In this document: positions 44,418-55,948 of the stretch, piece by piece
How the letters are laid out: each line of letters begins with the position of its first letter
Position numbering within the stretch: position 1 is the first letter of the stretch
Source of the DNA: Vairimorpha necatrix
Lineage: Eukaryota
Length of the DNA stretch: 64,000 nucleotides
Assembly (NCBI GenBank): GCA_036630325.1
Contig: CP142730.1
Coordinates: 558,001-622,000 of the forward strand
Direction: 5' to 3'
The notes under the pieces: generated by a model
Told to the model about the DNA's origin: nothing
Databases searched by the model: none
Seen by the model: only the letters and a program-made list of their open reading frames with translations
Made by a program: the position numbers and the translations under genes

Positions 44418-46640
44418 ATGAAACTAGAACAATTATTTAAAGAATTATCAAAAAACCCAAATGTCATAAAAAGCATAGAAATGGAAATTCAGTCACTTAT
44501 CAATGCAAACTCGATAGATCAAACACTTGAGCTTTACAAATCTCCCATTCCTGAAATGAAGATTTATGCCATAAAAATCATAGAAGAACGAATCAAATTA
44601 AAAAAAATTAAGAACGAGAATTTAGATATAGAAATATTAGCTATGAAAAATATTGTATTTATTGATGATAATGACAAGACAGCAGAAGTATTTGCTAAAT
44701 TGGGGATATTTGAATGGCCTAAAATGTTCCCTGATTTTTTCCAAATTATTATAGATTTTATTTCTAATAAGCATATTATGGGATATAAAATTTTATATAA
44801 ATTTTTATATAAATTTTTATATTTGTTGAATAATAGTCAAGAGATAAATGATAAAAGAAAAGGTGAATTAAAGAAAGCTCTTAGAATTATTTATAAAGGA
44901 TATATGCAATTATTTGAAGATGAGTTTGCTATTTTTATAATACCAATTTTAACAGAATCTTTGAAAATATTACCAAAAGATTTCGATTATTCTATAATTT
45001 ATAGAAAAGGGTTTGAATTTCCAGAACAGACAATTGAATTTGTAAATGACATGGGGGATGCCTTGAATATTGTAGACGTAATTGAGTTGTCGTCTAAAAT
45101 GCCTATTTCTGTGGGTATGCTGATTTATTTCAATTCTATCAAGAACAAGTCTCCTAATACGCCCAATGTAACCAAAATGTATGAATATGTCTACAAGGGA
45201 CTTAGAGTTAACATGTCGACATTTTTAATTTCTTTAGATTTCTGGTTGAAATTTTTCCTTATGAAAAACAAGGATCAATTCGTAGACCAAATCTTGACAG
45301 AAGTGATTTCGATATTTGTAAGTTTAGATGAAAATAATAAGTCAGAAGTAGAAAGCGAAGTGTGGGGATTTTTTAATGTTTTAATAAGAAATTATACAGA
45401 GAGAGCCTATTTATTTGTAAAGACGAATGGAGATCGATTACCTAAAAAATTGGGTCTGTTTTTCATCAAGAAATTACATGAACAGTTGAAGTATAAACCT
45501 TATTTTAAATTTTCAGATTTAAATTTCCAAGATGCTGTACTAAGAGGGACAGTATTAGAATTATGCAGTGACGAGAGAGTTTTAGAATTAATTGAATATT
45601 TAGATTTATCAGATAAAGATACTGCGAAATTGTGTATGAGGGTTATTAATAAATTTCCAGTTTCGGAAATGTTCCTAAATAAAATTATTGCACAGTGCTA
45701 CTGCCCAGGCAAGGAAACTGCCAATGAGGTCATTGTGGAGTGTTGCATAAAATTAGACAAGATCGAGAAATTTGATGGGGCTTGGGATGATGACAAGTGT
45801 TTAAGATTTTTTTATTATTTAAAAAGAGTGCCTATGAAAGTCGCACAATATTCCTCTTCTTTCTTGAATATTTTCATCGAGAAGAGTCCTTTTAATAGAT
45901 GTTTTTCTATTTTAAGGATGCTTGGAGATTTCCCTAAGGAAATCTATGAGAAGATTTATGTGGATATTTTAAGGTATCCTTATGAGGATTTGGCTTGTTT
46001 CAATAGAGATTTATTATTACATTTACAATTACAAGATCCTTTTATTAGACGAGAAATAGATCGACTTTTACATGACTGGAATATTTTAGAGAACACAGAT
46101 TTGCTTATTCTTTGTACTAAATCTTTACTCAGTGTTATATCTGATGGAATTAATAAGTCAAACACGGAAAAGAGGCCTTATTCGTCAATAGATTCCTTGT
46201 TCGATTTATTAAGAATTGATGATTCAGGCATTATAAGAAAAATAAGTGAAATGTTCTGCACTTACAATGGGCCATTTGATGTCAAGAAGGCCTTGTATTT
46301 CTTACTAGTGAATTATAATTCCAGTTATGTCGAGTCATCTCATTTAAATGTCTCGGCCGCGCTTACTAAATGCATAAAAAGCGAAGGAGGAGCAGAGGCA
46401 CTACATGAAATCTTAAATGGAATTCCATTAGACAATTGTATAAATTTAAGGAATGATTGTTTAAAATATAATACGAAGAGAGGACAGACACTCGTCAGAA
46501 ATTTCCTACGAAGTTTCAAAGGCAAGCCACTGAGCACATTGTATGAGAATAGTTTCAAAGTTAGAGAGCAGAATTTTATAAATAATTCTAAAAAAGTCAG
46601 TGGATTTGAATTCGAAATAGATAAAACATTCTTTGGATAA
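44418..46640 (+). CDS. Importin-beta/exportin family HEAT protein (Xpo1-like domain)
   Basis: AKLGIFEWPKMFPDFF resembles the exportin EWP..WP.F motif. The protein is 740 aa and helical, with CCCC before the ATG. Confidence 0.65.
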   Translation: MKLEQLFKELSKNPNVIKSIEMEIQSLINANSIDQTLELYKSPIPEMKIYAIKIIEERIKLKKIKNENLDIEILAMKNIVFIDDNDKTAEVFAKLGIFEWPKMFPDFFQIIIDFISNKHIMGYKILYKFLYKFLYLLNNSQEINDKRKGELKKALRIIYKGYMQLFEDEFAIFIIPILTESLKILPKDFDYSIIYRKGFEFPEQTIEFVNDMGDALNIVDVIELSSKMPISVGMLIYFNSIKNKSPNTPNVTKMYEYVYKGLRVNMSTFLISLDFWLKFFLMKNKDQFVDQILTEVISIFVSLDENNKSEVESEVWGFFNVLIRNYTERAYLFVKTNGDRLPKKLGLFFIKKLHEQLKYKPYFKFSDLNFQDAVLRGTVLELCSDERVLELIEYLDLSDKDTAKLCMRVINKFPVSEMFLNKIIAQCYCPGKETANEVIVECCIKLDKIEKFDGAWDDDKCLRFFYYLKRVPMKVAQYSSSFLNIFIEKSPFNRCFSILRMLGDFPKEIYEKIYVDILRYPYEDLACFNRDLLLHLQLQDPFIRREIDRLLHDWNILENTDLLILCTKSLLSVISDGINKSNTEKRPYSSIDSLFDLLRIDDSGIIRKISEMFCTYNGPFDVKKALYFLLVNYNSSYVESSHLNVSAALTKCIKSEGGAEALHEILNGIPLDNCINLRNDCLKYNTKRGQTLVRNFLRSFKGKPLSTLYENSFKVREQNFINNSKKVSGFEFEIDKTFFG

Positions 46641-46861
46641 ATAAAATAAAAAATTAATCTTTAAATATGAAGCCTATTTTTTTGGTTCATCGACTTTAAA
46701 TTTTTTATTTTAATAGATTACTAAAGTTTAGGCAAATGCGTCATATTTATACTCCTTTTTATCAGACTTGTCTCATTTAACTTGCAAAAATAAGGAGGTT
46801 TCATTTTTTATTCGTCTTTTTCCTCCTTTTTAGCTTAAAATTAATTTTTAATTTCTTTTTT

Positions 46862-47125
46862 ATGAACTCTGAGAGCGAAGTCATGTTTTGCGACACAAAT
46901 GTCCCATGTCAAATATTCCCTAATAATGACAGGGCTTTAGATTATCATTTATGTATCCTCAAGCTACAAGATGATCCTTATAGGCACATTCTTAACAATA
47001 GAAAAAATATTAAGAAAAAAAGAATTATTATGTGTGTTTCATTAGGTATGTTCAGTTTAATATTTATGGGATTATTGATGTGTACTAATTCATTTATACC
47101 AACTCATAAAAATGAACTAGTTTAA
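46862..47125 (+). CDS. Small single-pass membrane protein, unknown function
   Basis: ATG-initiated, 87 aa, with a basic patch followed by one hydrophobic helix. An AATAAA-like signal follows the stop. Confidence 0.55.
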   Translation: MNSESEVMFCDTNVPCQIFPNNDRALDYHLCILKLQDDPYRHILNNRKNIKKKRIIMCVSLGMFSLIFMGLLMCTNSFIPTHKNELV

Positions 47126-47361
47126 AAAAAAATAAACTTAAATCAATAGAATTTTAAATTATATTTTATACTTATAAATTTGTAATTCTTATATGTAATA
47201 GTTAGTAATTTACACTAAGTTTCGGCCCAAACATTGTACTTAATTAATTTAATAACCTCTTTTTTACAATTAGTTTCTTGATTACATCACTGTTTTATTT
47301 GACTGATGTCTTCGTTTGGACTTTTGTAACTTATAAATAAAAAATAAAAAAAAAAGCACAC

Positions 47362-48075
47362 ATGTTCATTTTCCTATTTCTTATCTTCATATCTTCTAAA
47401 TGTTCAAATAAAGAAGGTTCTTACATTCTCAAAGTCAAAATCCATTTAGACGAGCTCACCATACAAAAAATTTTACTCTCAAAATCAATATTAATTCCTG
47501 AATCCGACAATCTTACAAGCAGAAATACAGTAATAAAATATCTCAACGCTATTTTCAATGATATAAACGAAGATATAGAAGACTACGGCGTACAAGTAGC
47601 TGGCGACTACTCGTTACTAAACTTCGAAGACTTAGAAACCACACTGAAAACACAGTCAATGTGTATGAAGAAGTTTATGTTAATAGAATCAACAATAAAA
47701 CTATTAACAAACCTCTCGTACCCTAATACAGACGGACTGGGGTTGAGAATAGTAGCCTTGTCTTGTAAAGTATTCGAGCCGATGCAGATACCTTTTTTTA
47801 TGACACCGAGTTTTACATGTGGTAATTTGGGGACAATATTCGTGATAGATCCATTTACATTAAAAGTACAGATAAAACTTTTAATAAAAAATTTTATAAC
47901 TAATAGTATGGGTGGATTTTTACCAATGAAAAGTATAGGATTTGAAAAGACATTGTGTAATTTTGTAAACCGGTGTACTAAAAAAAACGAAATGGTGGGG
48001 AAATTTGTGGATAATCTTAAGAAAGTTAAAGGGGAGAGAGAAGATAGGCAGAATTTTAAACAAATAAAGATATAA
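47362..48075 (+). CDS. Secreted Cys-containing protein, unknown function (possible spore-wall family)
   Basis: N-terminal signal-like peptide MFIFLFLIFISSKC; 237 aa ORF with several cysteines. Confidence 0.7.
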   Translation: MFIFLFLIFISSKCSNKEGSYILKVKIHLDELTIQKILLSKSILIPESDNLTSRNTVIKYLNAIFNDINEDIEDYGVQVAGDYSLLNFEDLETTLKTQSMCMKKFMLIESTIKLLTNLSYPNTDGLGLRIVALSCKVFEPMQIPFFMTPSFTCGNLGTIFVIDPFTLKVQIKLLIKNFITNSMGGFLPMKSIGFEKTLCNFVNRCTKKNEMVGKFVDNLKKVKGEREDRQNFKQIKI

Positions 48076-48499
48076 ATTATAAAAAAAATCAATGTATATT
48101 TTCTTGTATAGTCATTATTGGTACTTATCTATTAAAATATGATTGTTGTAGTTATAAAAAAATACCTTCACATTTTTCGACAAATGAAGATATGTTATTG
48201 GCCACTAAAACTATAAATTTGTATGAAAAAAGAGGAGATATAAGCCATAAATACAGGGGTTTGCAATTTTAAATCCAGCTTTTGAATTTTTATAGATTAT
48301 TTTTTTTATTTATAAGGTCTTTTTGAAACAACGTCAATGCTAAGAAAAGCTCGAGCAAGGGTTAGCATACGTCTTAAATCTAACTAAAAAACACTAAAAA
48401 CGAAATATGACCCTTAAAAATGTTGCTGTCACTTTATACTTAACTTAGAAAAAAAGTATGGGGAATTCGTAAAAAAAATCCATGAGGAACAATCGACTT

Positions 48500-48810
48500 T
48501 TCTAAAAATGATATGTATCGTTCAATAATTTTATCTCCTCGGATTTTAAAATCGATAGATCTTGTATTTAAAATCGTCATTGCACGTAGCATTGACATGA
48601 CCTCAGTGAAATAATAGAAAACCTTAATACAAATATAAATGTCTCAATGTCGTTGTCGACTATTCAAGGAGGTTATATTATAACTTGTATAAAAAAATAT
48701 CAAAATTGCTGCGAAACATAATTTACAGGATAAAATTGATAAAACAGCTTAAAATGCCATGGAACATTTGAATATTTACAGAAAATTGAAAATTTCGGAT
48801 AAACTGGATT
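48500..48810 (+). pseudogene. Possible decayed IS630/Tc1-type transposase HTH fragment
   Basis: SEIIENLNTNINVSMSLSTI resembles the L.EI...L......VS.STI helix-turn-helix pattern; interrupted by stops. Confidence 0.3.
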
Positions 48811-48813
48811 CAA

Positions 48814-49591
48814 TTTTTTTTTTTTGCAAATAAGAGGCAAGGAGAAACCTTACATAGAGACCAAAAAACTTTAAGTGTGATCCTTATCCAACTGGTACTA
48901 TGAGATTTAAACTCACTAAAACTCCCTCCATATAACTTACCGGTGCAGCAAGCTACGACGTAACCATTGGACTTTGGCTCCAGGAGAACACTTTCCATTT
49001 ATACCTCAGATCGCGTCCAGAGTGACCTCATGACGGATATACTTAACGGACATGGTTATCTATGATCCTAGGAGAAACATCATCGTACTAACTCAAAGAT
49101 CCCTACAATCATCTGTATTGCACACGGTTCCTTACATCGCCACATCACCAACCCGGAATTTTTATCGGGCTGCGGGTACTACCAGTTTCACACTAAATTT
49201 GGGCACTGTGTTACAATCTTGTAGGATAATGACCATGAAACCTTCAATTGCCTCGCCTCGTCTAGTCTCTTAGTTAGCTCTGGGGTCCCACTCTAAATGC
49301 ACCAGCCCTGGGCTCTAACTAGGCCGTATCCATCAGATACTTCATTTTCAATAATTAAACAAAGGAGGAGACTGTTTTCTGACTTATGGTGCATTTCTAA
49401 ACCAAATACTAATTTTTTATGTCTTAACACACACAATACATTTCCACAAGTTTATGATTTTTCTGAACACTTCTCATTCCGAATTGTTCCAACTGCATCT
49501 TAAAAAGTAAAAGCGTTTTTGAGTCCCCGGGATTCATACCCAGATATGCTCAATGCTGGTTTCTTTATTTGGCCTCTAGGCCAAGAGCACA
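48814..49591 (-). mobile_element. tRNA-headed SINE-like element, copy 6 (head degenerate)
   Basis: T12 run at 48814-48825 is the poly(A) tail. The body is colinear with copy 3 (GAAACCTTACATAG, GGAGAACACTTTCCATTTATACCTC, GTCTAGTCTCTTAGTTAGCTC). Confidence 0.88.
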
Positions 49592-49759
49592 ACTCCTATA
49601 ATGAGAGAATTGTGAAAAAACAGGTATTAAAATTTAATTCCGAATTTTATATCCACATTTTGAATTTTAACTACTGTTTCATAATAAATTTTTATTTCGG
49701 ATCTATTGGCTGCTCTAAGCGAATAAATTGAAATTTTAACAACGGTTGTTTGGTAAAAC

Positions 49760-50300
49760 ACCGTGCCTGATTGTATTAATATCCGCTCCTGTGTCAATGA
49801 GCACGTTAAATTATTTTTTAAAACATATAATGAAGCCTTTTACACACCATTTAATCATTATTTTTCAAAAATTATAAAAGTGAATCTATTTTTTCGAATC
49901 TTTAATAGTAATTTTCCTCCTTTTTTCATCATTTTTCCTACTTCCATAATATTTTTACGGAAGGTAGTGCTATTACATTATTATTTATTGGGCCTTCCTA
50001 CATACAAATAAGCATCTCATTAAACGTTTCGCTCAAGAACATACTTGTTTTATACTAGATTTACAGCTAATCACATCTACATTATTAAGCTGCTCGTGAG
50101 CCCCTGTATATATAAATCATTAACCATAAAAACATTACTCAAAGCTTTGTAAAGGTAGAACCAAGATAATGAGCTCTTATTTTACACTAAAACAGCATTT
50201 GCCAAATTAAAAAAGGGGTTTTCATTACAAAATTGATCAATATGGTCTCTATACATTCCCCTTTGCGTACAATCAGGGCATGAATTCCACGTAATTAGAC
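49760..50300 (-). pseudogene. Possible decayed Mutator/MULE transposase
   Basis: Minus-strand hand translation gives FNLANAVLV*NKSSLSWF and CKSSIKQVCS*AKRLMRC. These resemble the MULE F.LA.A...E...S..WF and AI..VFP.A.H..C..H motifs. Confidence 0.4.
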
Positions 50301-51181
50301 TGATTGAATTGGTACCGAAGGTCGAGAAGTTCATCTATACTTATTTTCGGCGCCATGCTATTAATAACTTCCTATGAATAAGAAACACAGCCTTTTAGTC
50401 GAACCTCGTTTAGCTGGCGTTCTAAAATACCTTGCACCCATTACTAGGAGAACTTTAACAGGTGCACATGTTTGCCATCGATGTAACTCCTCATGCCTTC
50501 TCAGCTCCAGCTAATTCTCTAAGAATTCTGTGGGTCATATTTTTCTTCATTTCTGAAAATAAATAAGTTTTTTCTCGTTGTCGCCAAATTGTTGATTTAA
50601 AACATGAATTTATTAAGCATAAAACATTTAGCGCTACTTCATTTTTTCGCCCCCCCCCCAAAAAAAAAAAGTTATTCAAGGAAAATTTATTGTACAATCT
50701 GACACACAAATTTCCAAAATTTTATTAAGAGGGCACTTATCATCATTATTTGAATATTTGATATTAATTTTTTTTTCCATATGAATTGCTCTTAGAAATA
50801 AATTAATGCTATCCCTAATTATCCCACTTCTAGATCTATATTTGTTGTTACAAAGATACCAAAACTTTTCATTATGATTTTTGTCGACTCCATCAGCATT
50901 TATAAAGCCAATCGAATGTTTAACTTTATAATGTTCGCTTCCAAAATTTCTAAAGTCTGAAGAAAAAGATATAACAATCAATAATTATTATAGAGCCATT
51001 TTTACTTTGCGTCTAAAAAAACCTTCAAATATTGCTTCATTGTTTTAAAGCACACATCTTCACAATATATTCATTTCCCGAATAGTCTTCTTAAGATTTA
51101 ACTTATGGGGATTTAAAAATAAATTTTTTTTAACCCCGAAATGTTGAATTTTAAAAGACAATCAAAAATTCTCAAATCGTC

Positions 51182-51486
51182 TGTGGTATTATAAATACCA
51201 CAAATTATTTATTTTTATTTTATCAATTTTCCCTTTTTGGAAAATAGACCATTCGACCGGTCTATTCCAAAAATCAAATATTTATTTCCTTTTTGCCCTG
51301 ACCCACACACAAAATTATGAGACAAGACAAAGATCAATACCCTTGGAATCCACGACCAAGGAAGGGCCTCAGAGCCAGGGACCAGTATCCCATTACGGAT
51401 GCCCGACGAGGCTTTAATCAATCAAATAAAACGTATAATTTAATAGAACTATATTTGTCCAGAGGTAGCTCCTCTGGATTGCGTCA
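51182..51486 (+). repeat. 5' LTR
   Basis: TGTGGTATT...GCGTCA, near-identical to 55093-55395. Confidence 0.95.
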
Positions 51487-54400
51487 TTTTGAATTCAAAG
51501 ACGAATTAAATAGTAATTACGAAGATAGAAATTCCATGTTCGAATACAGAGAATTCGACATGAAGATCACTGGAACAGATGTGATAAGTAAAGAAAAAAT
51601 AAAAATTATTAAAAAACCATCAGAAATTTCAATGTTGGAGCTACAGAAATTTGAGAATCTAGCAGAGGCCAATGGCTGGAATGATGAGCAGATGGGAAGA
51701 ATATATGGGACCATGTTAGTTGGCGATCACTTTTTAAACGCCAAGTATAGTGAATCATACTTAAAATTAAGAGCGGCATCACTAGAAATTGCCTATCCTA
51801 GAAACATGAGATTTAGAATTGCACAGGAGCTCGAAGATGTTAGGCAGTGCAACCACATATATCTGGAAGATTATGTGAAGAATATTTCCCAAAAGTTAGA
51901 TGCCTACAGTTTCTCAAATAATTTAACTAAGCAAGAAGCTGAGAGAAAATTTTCAGAAGTATTTTTTAGAGGACTAGGTAAACAAACTGAGATGGAACTT
52001 TGCAAAAATGAGGTTAATACGCGGACCACTTCAGACGTTATTGCTTATCTAAAGACTTTAGAATCAACTATTATTTCTCAAATAGGAAGACGAAACGAGA
52101 ATGGATATGTACCTAATGAAACAAGCAAAATTTGCAAATCAAGAAATCCTTATTGTAGTGTGCACAAGAGCTTTTCGCACAATACAAGAGATTGTAGACT
52201 TCGGAACAATCTCAAAGATACTAAAGATAAAACGATACATTTTGAAGAAAAAACAAAAAGAAATAATATGGTTATTCAGCTAGGAACAACAAGTAATCAG
52301 AAAGAAGTAAAAATAATAGGAATATTAGACTCAAATAATTACTTATTGTTAATCGATACAGGTTCACACTTGAATTTTGTGAGTGAACAAGTGGTCAACA
52401 TGAATGATCATATAGCTGAACCGTGTCAGCCCTTCACTACTATATTTGGAAATGGAGATGAAAGAATGATTAACACTAAAGCTAGAATACGAATAAGGTT
52501 GTCTCCAAATATTATCATGGATATTGAATTCTATATTATTAAAAATTGCCCAGTCGATTTACTACTAGGATCTGAATGGCTAAGGAAGAATAAAGCTACA
52601 ATTGATTTTGCTAACCAATCACTTGTTATCAACAATGAAGAAATTCCCTTTATGGACGCGATACCAAACACGGATGAGATGTTAAATGAACGATTTAACA
52701 ATTTACTTTATGTGTCTCCTTCGAAGGAAATTTATATTTCACACCTTGAAAATTATAAGAAACTAAATGATAAATTTTACTCTATGAAAATGGATGAAGC
52801 TCGATTTACGGTTATAAAGAAGTTGAATATCACGCGACATAAATTCTACAATATAGCTTTCAAATATTATGAAAGAGCAAGAAAGGAGGTTAAAAGATTA
52901 CTTGATGAAGATATTATAGAGAAGTCTAGAGCAACTTTCGCAAGCCCAGGATATTTCATCGAAAAGAAAACTGGTGAATTAAGACTGGTCATAAATTTTA
53001 AAGAGATAAATGATCACATCGAAGATGACATTTTTTCAATACCAAAAATAGATGACTGTATACTAAGGATGGGAAGAAATAAGTACTTTTCTCAAATAGA
53101 TTTAAAGAACGGATTCAACCAGATTAAAATCCAGCAAGAAAGCAGAGACTTGACATCATTTATGATTATGGGAGCCCAATACCGATACAAACGTATACCC
53201 TTTGGCATTAAACCGGGTCCAAAAATTTTCCAAAGATACATCACTGAAATATTACACGAAGTGGATAACTGCTTCGTGTACATAGATGATATTGTATTAT
53301 TCTCAGAAACCAAGGAAGAACACAACAAATTAATAGTAAATGTTTTGAACAAACTCAAAGAGAAAAATGTAAAAATAAACTTTGAAAAAAGTAACTTTAT
53401 GAAAGATGAAATCACGGTACTAGGAAATACAATAAATGCTGATGGTGTGTTTCCAGCGAACAAATTGATTCCTAAAGAAATATTAGAGAGAAGACTAAAA
53501 ACTAAAAGAGATGTCCAAAAACTATTAGGGACGATTGGATGGTATAGAAAATTCCTACCAAATTTGTCTACAAAATTACTCCCATTGACAAACATGCTGC
53601 AGCAAGGAGCAAAAATAGAATCGACTCAGCATGTTAAGAACATTATTAAGGACATAAGCGAATTTATTAAAAATAGAGCGAGATTAATCTGCCCAGATTA
53701 CACAAAGTCATTCACCTTAGAATGTGATGCTTCTGATATGGGGATAGGTAGTGTACTTTACCAAGAGGATGGTCCAATTGGATATTTTAGTAAAAAATTT
53801 GGAAAGGTTGAACTAAATTATAGTATTGTAGAAAAGGAATATCTTGGAATCCTTTTATCACTCATACACTTTAAAGGCATCTTGCAAGGAAATTTTGTAG
53901 AAGTCAGAACAGACAGTAAAAATTGCTTAAACAACGTGAAACTAGAAACCTCAAGAATGTGTCGTTGGAAGTTAATCATTAATGAATTTAACCATAAATT
54001 AATACACATAGAAGGTAAAGAAAATGTAATTGCAGATAGTTTATCGAGATGCTTCACAATTATCAAAAACAATGAAGATGGATACATAAAAATGGTCAAA
54101 GATGCAATGATAAAGGACAAAAATCAAAGGATAAAAATGAATAAAGACGGAAAAATTTTTATGAAACCAAACAAAGTAAAACACTGGTTATATAAAATAC
54201 ATCATGAACAAGGCCATAGAGGAATAACAACAATGTACAATAATCTAAAGAATTTTTTTTATGTTCCACATCTATTCCATAGGATCAAACAAATAGTAAA
54301 TGATTGTCGAAAATGCAAAGCTTACAAAGTAACTTATGTCAAAAGAGGGGTAGGAGCCCATATGTCAGCCGAAAACAATCTTGAAAGAATTAGCTCGGAC

Positions 54401-55081
54401 ATATATGGTCCATTTAATTTAGAGAAATTTAAGGACGCGGGTAAGCATAATAAAGGATTTATTATTACAGTAACAGACATAAAGACACGATACACGAAAC
54501 TATATTTAGCATATAAAATAAGAGGAGAAGAGATTATAAGCGCAATCAGCAATTGGACTGAATTAACAAAATCTAAACCTACAATACTAATATCAGATAA
54601 CGGAAAGCAGTATACAAGCAAACAAGTTGAACAATATTTAAACGAAGTGGACATAAAGCACTTACGCGTTCCAACATATACCCCAAGTTCAAATGGTATA
54701 TCAGAGTCAGTAAACCGCACTATAACATTCATACTGTCTATAATGAAAGGCGAAAATATAATCACAGCCATTGATATGTGCGAATGGGTGATCAATAATA
54801 ATTATAATAGATCAATAGGTTGTTCCCCCAATGCTGCGTTAAATGGGAAAGAATACTATGATCCACTAGAAAGAGCAATACAAATGCGTAATATAAAAAA
54901 AACATTAACTACTCCCAAATTCAGGCTAGGCGACGAAGTATATGTAAGGAATTTGACAGCTACGAAATTAGACCGGAAGTACTTAAGAAAGAGAAAGGTA
55001 ACGCAATTAGGATCCAAAGGAAAATGGGTAAAGGTGAATGGAATCTCTGAGTGGATACATGTCAAGAACATAAAACTTTAG
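51317..55081 (+). CDS. Single-ORF Gag-Pol polyprotein (PR-RT-RH-IN)
   Basis: Zn knuckle CSVHKSFSHNTRDC, protease LIDTGS, RT IPFGIK...YIDD, RNase H CDAS, integrase HHCC and D,D,E (SDI/SDNG/SESVN). The true start may be downstream of the LTR. Confidence 0.96.
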   Translation: MRQDKDQYPWNPRPRKGLRARDQYPITDARRGFNQSNKTYNLIELYLSRGSSSGLRHFEFKDELNSNYEDRNSMFEYREFDMKITGTDVISKEKIKIIKKPSEISMLELQKFENLAEANGWNDEQMGRIYGTMLVGDHFLNAKYSESYLKLRAASLEIAYPRNMRFRIAQELEDVRQCNHIYLEDYVKNISQKLDAYSFSNNLTKQEAERKFSEVFFRGLGKQTEMELCKNEVNTRTTSDVIAYLKTLESTIISQIGRRNENGYVPNETSKICKSRNPYCSVHKSFSHNTRDCRLRNNLKDTKDKTIHFEEKTKRNNMVIQLGTTSNQKEVKIIGILDSNNYLLLIDTGSHLNFVSEQVVNMNDHIAEPCQPFTTIFGNGDERMINTKARIRIRLSPNIIMDIEFYIIKNCPVDLLLGSEWLRKNKATIDFANQSLVINNEEIPFMDAIPNTDEMLNERFNNLLYVSPSKEIYISHLENYKKLNDKFYSMKMDEARFTVIKKLNITRHKFYNIAFKYYERARKEVKRLLDEDIIEKSRATFASPGYFIEKKTGELRLVINFKEINDHIEDDIFSIPKIDDCILRMGRNKYFSQIDLKNGFNQIKIQQESRDLTSFMIMGAQYRYKRIPFGIKPGPKIFQRYITEILHEVDNCFVYIDDIVLFSETKEEHNKLIVNVLNKLKEKNVKINFEKSNFMKDEITVLGNTINADGVFPANKLIPKEILERRLKTKRDVQKLLGTIGWYRKFLPNLSTKLLPLTNMLQQGAKIESTQHVKNIIKDISEFIKNRARLICPDYTKSFTLECDASDMGIGSVLYQEDGPIGYFSKKFGKVELNYSIVEKEYLGILLSLIHFKGILQGNFVEVRTDSKNCLNNVKLETSRMCRWKLIINEFNHKLIHIEGKENVIADSLSRCFTIIKNNEDGYIKMVKDAMIKDKNQRIKMNKDGKIFMKPNKVKHWLYKIHHEQGHRGITTMYNNLKNFFYVPHLFHRIKQIVNDCRKCKAYKVTYVKRGVGAHMSAENNLERISSDIYGPFNLEKFKDAGKHNKGFIITVTDIKTRYTKLYLAYKIRGEEIISAISNWTELTKSKPTILISDNGKQYTSKQVEQYLNEVDIKHLRVPTYTPSSNGISESVNRTITFILSIMKGENIITAIDMCEWVINNNYNRSIGCSPNAALNGKEYYDPLERAIQMRNIKKTLTTPKFRLGDEVYVRNLTATKLDRKYLRKRKVTQLGSKGKWVKVNGISEWIHVKNIKL

Positions 55082-55092
55082 AGGAGGTAGAA

Positions 55093-55395
55093 TGTGGTAT
55101 TATAAATACCACAAATTATTTATTTTTATTTTATCAATTTTCCCTTTTTGGAAAATAGACCATTCGACCGGTCTATTCCAAAAATCAAATATTTATTTCC
55201 TTTTTGCCCTGACCCCAACAAAATTATGAGACAAGACAAAGATCAGTACCCTTGGAATCCACGACCAAGGAAGGGCCTCAGAGCCAGGGACCAGCATCCC
55301 ATTACGGATGCCCGACGAGGCTTTAATCAATCAAATAAAACGTATAATTTAATAGAACTATATTTGTCCAGAGGTAGCTCCTCTGGATTGCGTCA
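55093..55395 (+). repeat. 3' LTR
   Basis: Duplicate of the 5' LTR, preceded by the PPT. Confidence 0.95.
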
Positions 55396-55948
55396 TCGTC
55401 AAAAAATACCTTGCCTTTATTTTCTTGCCCCCCCTCAAAAATAATGTTAACTTTAAAAAAATTTTATATCTTTTTATTGATTTTTTTTTAGCGGGGGGGG
55501 GGGGGTGCAAGAAAATGAAGTAGCGCCAAAAATGCAAAGTTGGACTATAAAAATGCAAAGCTTATAATTTTGAGAAAGAATTATGCAATATATACACAGA
55601 TTAGAAACAAAAACATGAACTATGAAAACATCTACAAATCAAAATATAATTATACTGTCAATTGTGCCTAATATTATGATTATTTAGAACAATGTTCAAA
55701 ATTAGAAAGATATTATTTTCAGATACAATGTGTAATGAAAAAAATTAGAACCAAATAAAAAAAAGCATTAGGATTATACAAAAATCATGATTATTGGTAA
55801 CAATAAAAAAGTTTATTAGTACAAATAATAAAAAATATCAATGACAAGATAAAAAAATGAAACAACGTCTTATTTTAATATATCCGAAACAATCTATGTA
55901 GAATACTTTCTTAAAATCAAGAATGCTTATTAGAAATATAATAAAATT

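Larger units (their letters stand above)
51182..55395 (+). mobile_element. Intact Ty3/gypsy LTR retrotransposon
   Basis: LTRs at 51182-51486 and 55093-55395 (TG...CA, only a few differences). 5 bp TSD TCGTC at 51177-51181 and 55396-55400. PPT AGAGGAGGTAGAA at 55080-55092. Confidence 0.97.
50630..55527 (-). mobile_element. Merlin (IS1016/ISXO2-like) DNA transposon relic, interrupted by the Ty3/gypsy insertion
   Basis: Inverted termini GCGCTACTTCATTTT..GC(A)CCCCC at 50631-50659 and 55493-55527. Internal decayed transposase reads NGSIIIIDCY, then a frameshift, then HYKVKHSIGFINADGVDKNHNEKFW (~H.TVNHS..FV...G.HTN.IE..W) at 50676-51000. No clear TSD. Confidence 0.7.

Noticed and set aside
55148-55444. 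98 aa ORF identical to the Gag-Pol N terminus
   Set aside because: It is only the 3' LTR copy of the sequence in which the long ORF opens.
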